64,000 bases of DNA, taken from Bacteroidia bacterium (lineage in GTDB: Bacteria > Bacteroidota > Bacteroidia > UKL13-3). Below the pieces are notes generated by a model. The model was not told where the DNA came from and searched no databases. It saw only the letters and a program-made list of their open reading frames with translations. The stretch is from NCBI GenBank assembly GCA_014376805.1, contig JACMQU010000028.1, positions 471 to 64,470 on the forward strand. The letters run 5' to 3'. This document shows, piece by piece, positions 61,082 through 64,000 of the stretch. How positions within the stretch are numbered: position 1 is the first letter of the stretch; every line of letters begins with the position of its first letter. The position numbers and the translations under genes were made by a program.

Positions 61082-61819
61082 ATGACAATTTTACTTTTTT
61101 TTATCGGGCATTGGTATTTATCACTTTTCGGACAAACCTTTTATTTACATCGTTATGCCGCTCATAAAATGTTTACGATGAGCAAAGGCTGGGAACGATT
61201 CTGGTATATTTTTGCCTGGGTTACACAAGGGTCGAGTTATTTAAATGCAAGAGCTTATGCTATCTTACATCGTATGCACCATGCTTATAGTGATACAGAA
61301 AAAGATCCGCATACACCCCACTTTTTTAAAGAAGTGTTTACAATGATGATGCATACCCGTGAAATATATAATGGTGTATTACATGGTTCGTTTAAAGTAG
61401 AAGAAAAATTTGACAAAAATTTTCCTGTTTATCCTGCAATTGATAAAATTGCAGATGCATGGCTAACACGTATTGCTTTTGGTGTAGGTTATGTAGCATT
61501 TTATATAGCATTTGCAACACAATGGTGGATGTTCCTTTTATTACCTGTTCATTTTTTAATGGGCCCGGTACATGGTGCTATCGTTAACTGGGCAGGACAT
61601 AAATATGGTTACCGTAATTTTGAAGAAGGTGATCATTCAAAAAATACTTTGATAATCGATTTTCTGATGTTAGGAGAATTATTTCAGAACAATCATCACC
61701 ATGCAGGTGCCCGTGCTAACTTCGCAGCAAAATGGTGGGAGTTCGACCCTGTCTATCCTGTAATCAGGTTATTTGATAAATTAGGAATTGTTAAACTAGT
61801 TTTGAGTGCAAAAAATTAG
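61082..61819 (+). CDS. Membrane acyl-CoA/acyl-lipid (delta-9-like) fatty acid desaturase
   Basis: Histidine boxes HRYAAH, HRMHHAYSD and NNHHH, with hydrophobic segments between them. Confidence 0.85.
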   Translation: MTILLFFIGHWYLSLFGQTFYLHRYAAHKMFTMSKGWERFWYIFAWVTQGSSYLNARAYAILHRMHHAYSDTEKDPHTPHFFKEVFTMMMHTREIYNGVLHGSFKVEEKFDKNFPVYPAIDKIADAWLTRIAFGVGYVAFYIAFATQWWMFLLLPVHFLMGPVHGAIVNWAGHKYGYRNFEEGDHSKNTLIIDFLMLGELFQNNHHHAGARANFAAKWWEFDPVYPVIRLFDKLGIVKLVLSAKN

Positions 61820-62229
61820 CGGCACCCGCCCCTTCTAAAAACGTATTTTTTTATATTGCATCGGTTGATTAGTTTTTAACCGCAAGGTTTTTTATACATC
61901 AGCATGATGCATTATATTCTTTGGAATTATGAAAATCTTTTATTGAAAAACTCGATAAAAGATGCAGGCAGAATATTAAGAGGTATGAATTTTATAATTA
62001 TAATTGATTGCGGTGATTTATAGCAAGTAAATTCATTTTGTAACAACCAGTAAGTATGAATTATTGTATTTAAAATTTATAAAACATTTCGCTTAGTGTT
62101 GATTAAACCAAATGATTATTAAATTTAGCCATAATCAAAAAAGCAGAAAATAACATTTCTAATGTTTCATTAAACGAAAATTGGTTCACACCATATTGAT
62201 AAAAAACTAAGCCTTATTGAACCTTAAAC

Positions 62230-63522
62230 TTAAGCAGTATTTTTTAGGCCGGTTCTTAACCTGATCACCCCAATTTTTGTATTGTAAATAGATTCGATAG
62301 TGAGCTCAAATGAATCGATCCAGATTTTTTCACCTTGGTGTGGAATGTTCTCGTGCCGTGCAAATATAAGGCCACCCAAGGTGTGATAATCATCTTCAGG
62401 AAGGTTCAGGCTATATTCATTATTTAGATAATCTATTTCATGCCTGGCCGAAAAACGGTATTCCGTTTCGCTAATTTTTTCTTCAATCAACTCTTCCACA
62501 TCATGTTCATCTTCTATCTCTCCAAAAACTTCTTCCATAATATCTTCTATGGTAATAATGCCGGCTGTACCACCCAACTCATCAACTACTACGGCAATAC
62601 TTTTACGAGTACGGGTAAACTTATTAAGCAGATCCATTATGGACATAGTTTCTGTTGCAATCTCAATAGGGATTAACATGTTTTTTATGCTCAATGGTTT
62701 TTTGAACATTTCCTTTTGGTGTACATACCCGATAATCTGATCTTCATTTTGATGATATACTAAAATTTTTGAGAGGCCTGTATCCATAAACTTGTTGTAC
62801 AGTTCATCAATGGATGCATTAATATCAATGGTAACCAATTCTGTTCTGGGGGTTATACATTCACGCACTTTTATATTACTAAAGTCGAGTGCATTTTTAA
62901 ATATTTCGGTATCTACCTCTATATCATCCGGAAGGTCTTGTTCATTAATTTGCGAGATGTACTGATCGAGATCTACTTTGCTAAAAGCGGGGGTATTTTC
63001 AGTAAAAGTATCCCCCGAAACTTTGCTCAGAATTATTTTCGAAAGCCAAATTATAAAATGAACTACAGGCCAGAATAAATAATAAAAAAACATGAACGGA
63101 ACTACCAGAACTTTCAAGATACTATCAGGGTTGATGCGGAACAAAACTTTAGGTATAAACTCTGCCGTTACCAAAACTATTAAAGTAGAAATTATTGTTT
63201 GCATAACTAACAACAAAAACCTATAATGTTCTAATGCCGGAATAAAACCAACCAGACTTTCGTCTAATATTCGGGCCATATAAATGCCATATACAACAAG
63301 ACCAATATTGTTACCGATAAGTGTAGTACTGATAAACTCAGAAGGATTGCACACGAAATGAGATAGCAACCGGGCGTATGTACTACCTTGTTTATTTTTT
63401 AATTCGATTAGAAGTTTATTAGCAGAAATAAATGCAATCTCCATTCCTGCAAAAAATGCAGAAAAAAGAATACTGCCAATAATAATTATAAAAGGGTTAT
63501 CCATAAATGGTGCTTGATGCAA
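62230..63522 (-). CDS. CNNM/DUF21 + CBS pair + CorC_HlyC transporter-associated protein (GldE-like)
   Basis: 430 aa. N-terminal 4-TM DUF21, CBS region (..IGYVHQKEM.., ..AVVVDELGGTAGIITIEDIMEEVFGEIEDE), and the C-terminal CorC/HlyC domain. No gldD next to it, so I do not assign gldE. Confidence 0.8.
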   Translation of the reverse strand: MHQAPFMDNPFIIIIGSILFSAFFAGMEIAFISANKLLIELKNKQGSTYARLLSHFVCNPSEFISTTLIGNNIGLVVYGIYMARILDESLVGFIPALEHYRFLLLVMQTIISTLIVLVTAEFIPKVLFRINPDSILKVLVVPFMFFYYLFWPVVHFIIWLSKIILSKVSGDTFTENTPAFSKVDLDQYISQINEQDLPDDIEVDTEIFKNALDFSNIKVRECITPRTELVTIDINASIDELYNKFMDTGLSKILVYHQNEDQIIGYVHQKEMFKKPLSIKNMLIPIEIATETMSIMDLLNKFTRTRKSIAVVVDELGGTAGIITIEDIMEEVFGEIEDEHDVEELIEEKISETEYRFSARHEIDYLNNEYSLNLPEDDYHTLGGLIFARHENIPHQGEKIWIDSFELTIESIYNTKIGVIRLRTGLKNTA

Positions 63523-63535
63523 AGTAAATCATTTA

Positions 63536-64000
63536 TCAATACTTTCTCTTCTTAAAATCAGTAAGCTTTTTAAATATACGGCCAAAATTATAGTCTTGAA
63601 TCGATGCTACTATTGGTTTATTATTTATAAGCGCAAAATATTTTTCAGGATCTATTTTTAAAGGCATATTATTCTCATCGAATTGCTGACGACTGCGATC
63701 GCCAATGGGTTTGTTAAAAACCTTTAGAGTGGTTTTAAGACGTGCGCTATTTATTAAAACAACCTCGCAATAGGGAACTAAATTAAGCAATGAATCGCGC
63801 GCATGTTGAGGAAAAACATCCTCTTCATAATAACCTTCCACATATAAATTTTTATACCCCGAGAGATAAAATTTTACATATTGGGTGTCTGCCTCCATTA
63901 AATTTCCGGTTGCATCAGAAATATAATTGCGGGCAGAATATATATTACGTTCATATATAAAAGAATTTTCAGGATTGGCGGGATAGGTAACTTTTAGGGA
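63536..64000 (-). CDS. Hypothetical protein, 5' end outside the window
   Basis: The open frame continues upstream of the track ORF (63536..63898) to the window edge (..SLKVTYPANPENSFIYERNIYSARNYISDATGNLMEADTQ..). No family recognised. Confidence 0.45.
   Translation of the reverse strand, partial: SLKVTYPANPENSFIYERNIYSARNYISDATGNLMEADTQYVKFYLSGYKNLYVEGYYEEDVFPQHARDSLLNLVPYCEVVLINSARLKTTLKVFNKPIGDRSRQQFDENNMPLKIDPEKYFALINNKPIVASIQDYNFGRIFKKLTDFKKRKY

Noticed and set aside
1-64000. CRISPR arrays, tRNA/rRNA genes, retron/DGR reverse transcriptases, toxin-antitoxin pairs and prophage structural genes.
   Set aside because: I scanned the intergenic regions and the ORF list. I saw no spaced direct-repeat arrays, no tRNA-like T-arms other than the tmRNA, and no RT, integrase or capsid-like proteins.

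Overview
AT-rich chromosomal segment that looks like a Bacteroidota genome. Evidence: two T9SS C-terminal sorting domains, TTTG/TAnnTTTG promoter-like motifs, a G-E-x-x-F-A-M-A-A tmRNA tag, a CNNM/GldE-like protein and an LptD-like OMP. All family calls come from motif recognition by eye; no searches were run.

Most of the window is ordinary housekeeping. This includes HPII catalase, ComEC, enoyl-CoA hydratase, M1 and M28 peptidases, a fused E1 dehydrogenase, a GH57/GT4/GH31 alpha-glucan cluster, MlaD, an amidase, GcvT, ComB-like phosphatase, an SSF symporter, an S8 protease, aconitase and an acyl-CoA desaturase.

Four things stand out:
1. A signalling cluster at 3.0-12.1 kb. It holds a histidine kinase whose whole N-terminus is 7 tandem 21-residue coiled-coil repeats, a REC-HK hybrid, and a 2141-aa membrane-less hybrid kinase built around 11 tandem 92-aa (276-bp) poly-HAMP units, GAF, HisKA/HATPase and three REC domains.
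2. A tmRNA gene (34203..34568, minus strand) whose acceptor stem reads G3-A70 instead of G3:U70 and which does not encode CCA. A 21-bp perfect hairpin abuts it, and about 4 kb of decayed accessory (defence-like) genes follow.
3. An IS1380-family element with 18/20 inverted repeats, wedged between the tmRNA and the E1 dehydrogenase gene.
4. An unusually high load of decayed genes, at least six in 64 kb, several inactivated by in-frame nonsense codons rather than only indels.

I found no CRISPR array, tRNA, rRNA, integrase or intact prophage. I do not recognise a complete, intact, novel multi-gene system. The poly-HAMP kinase cluster and the atypical tmRNA with its decayed island are the best candidates for follow-up.
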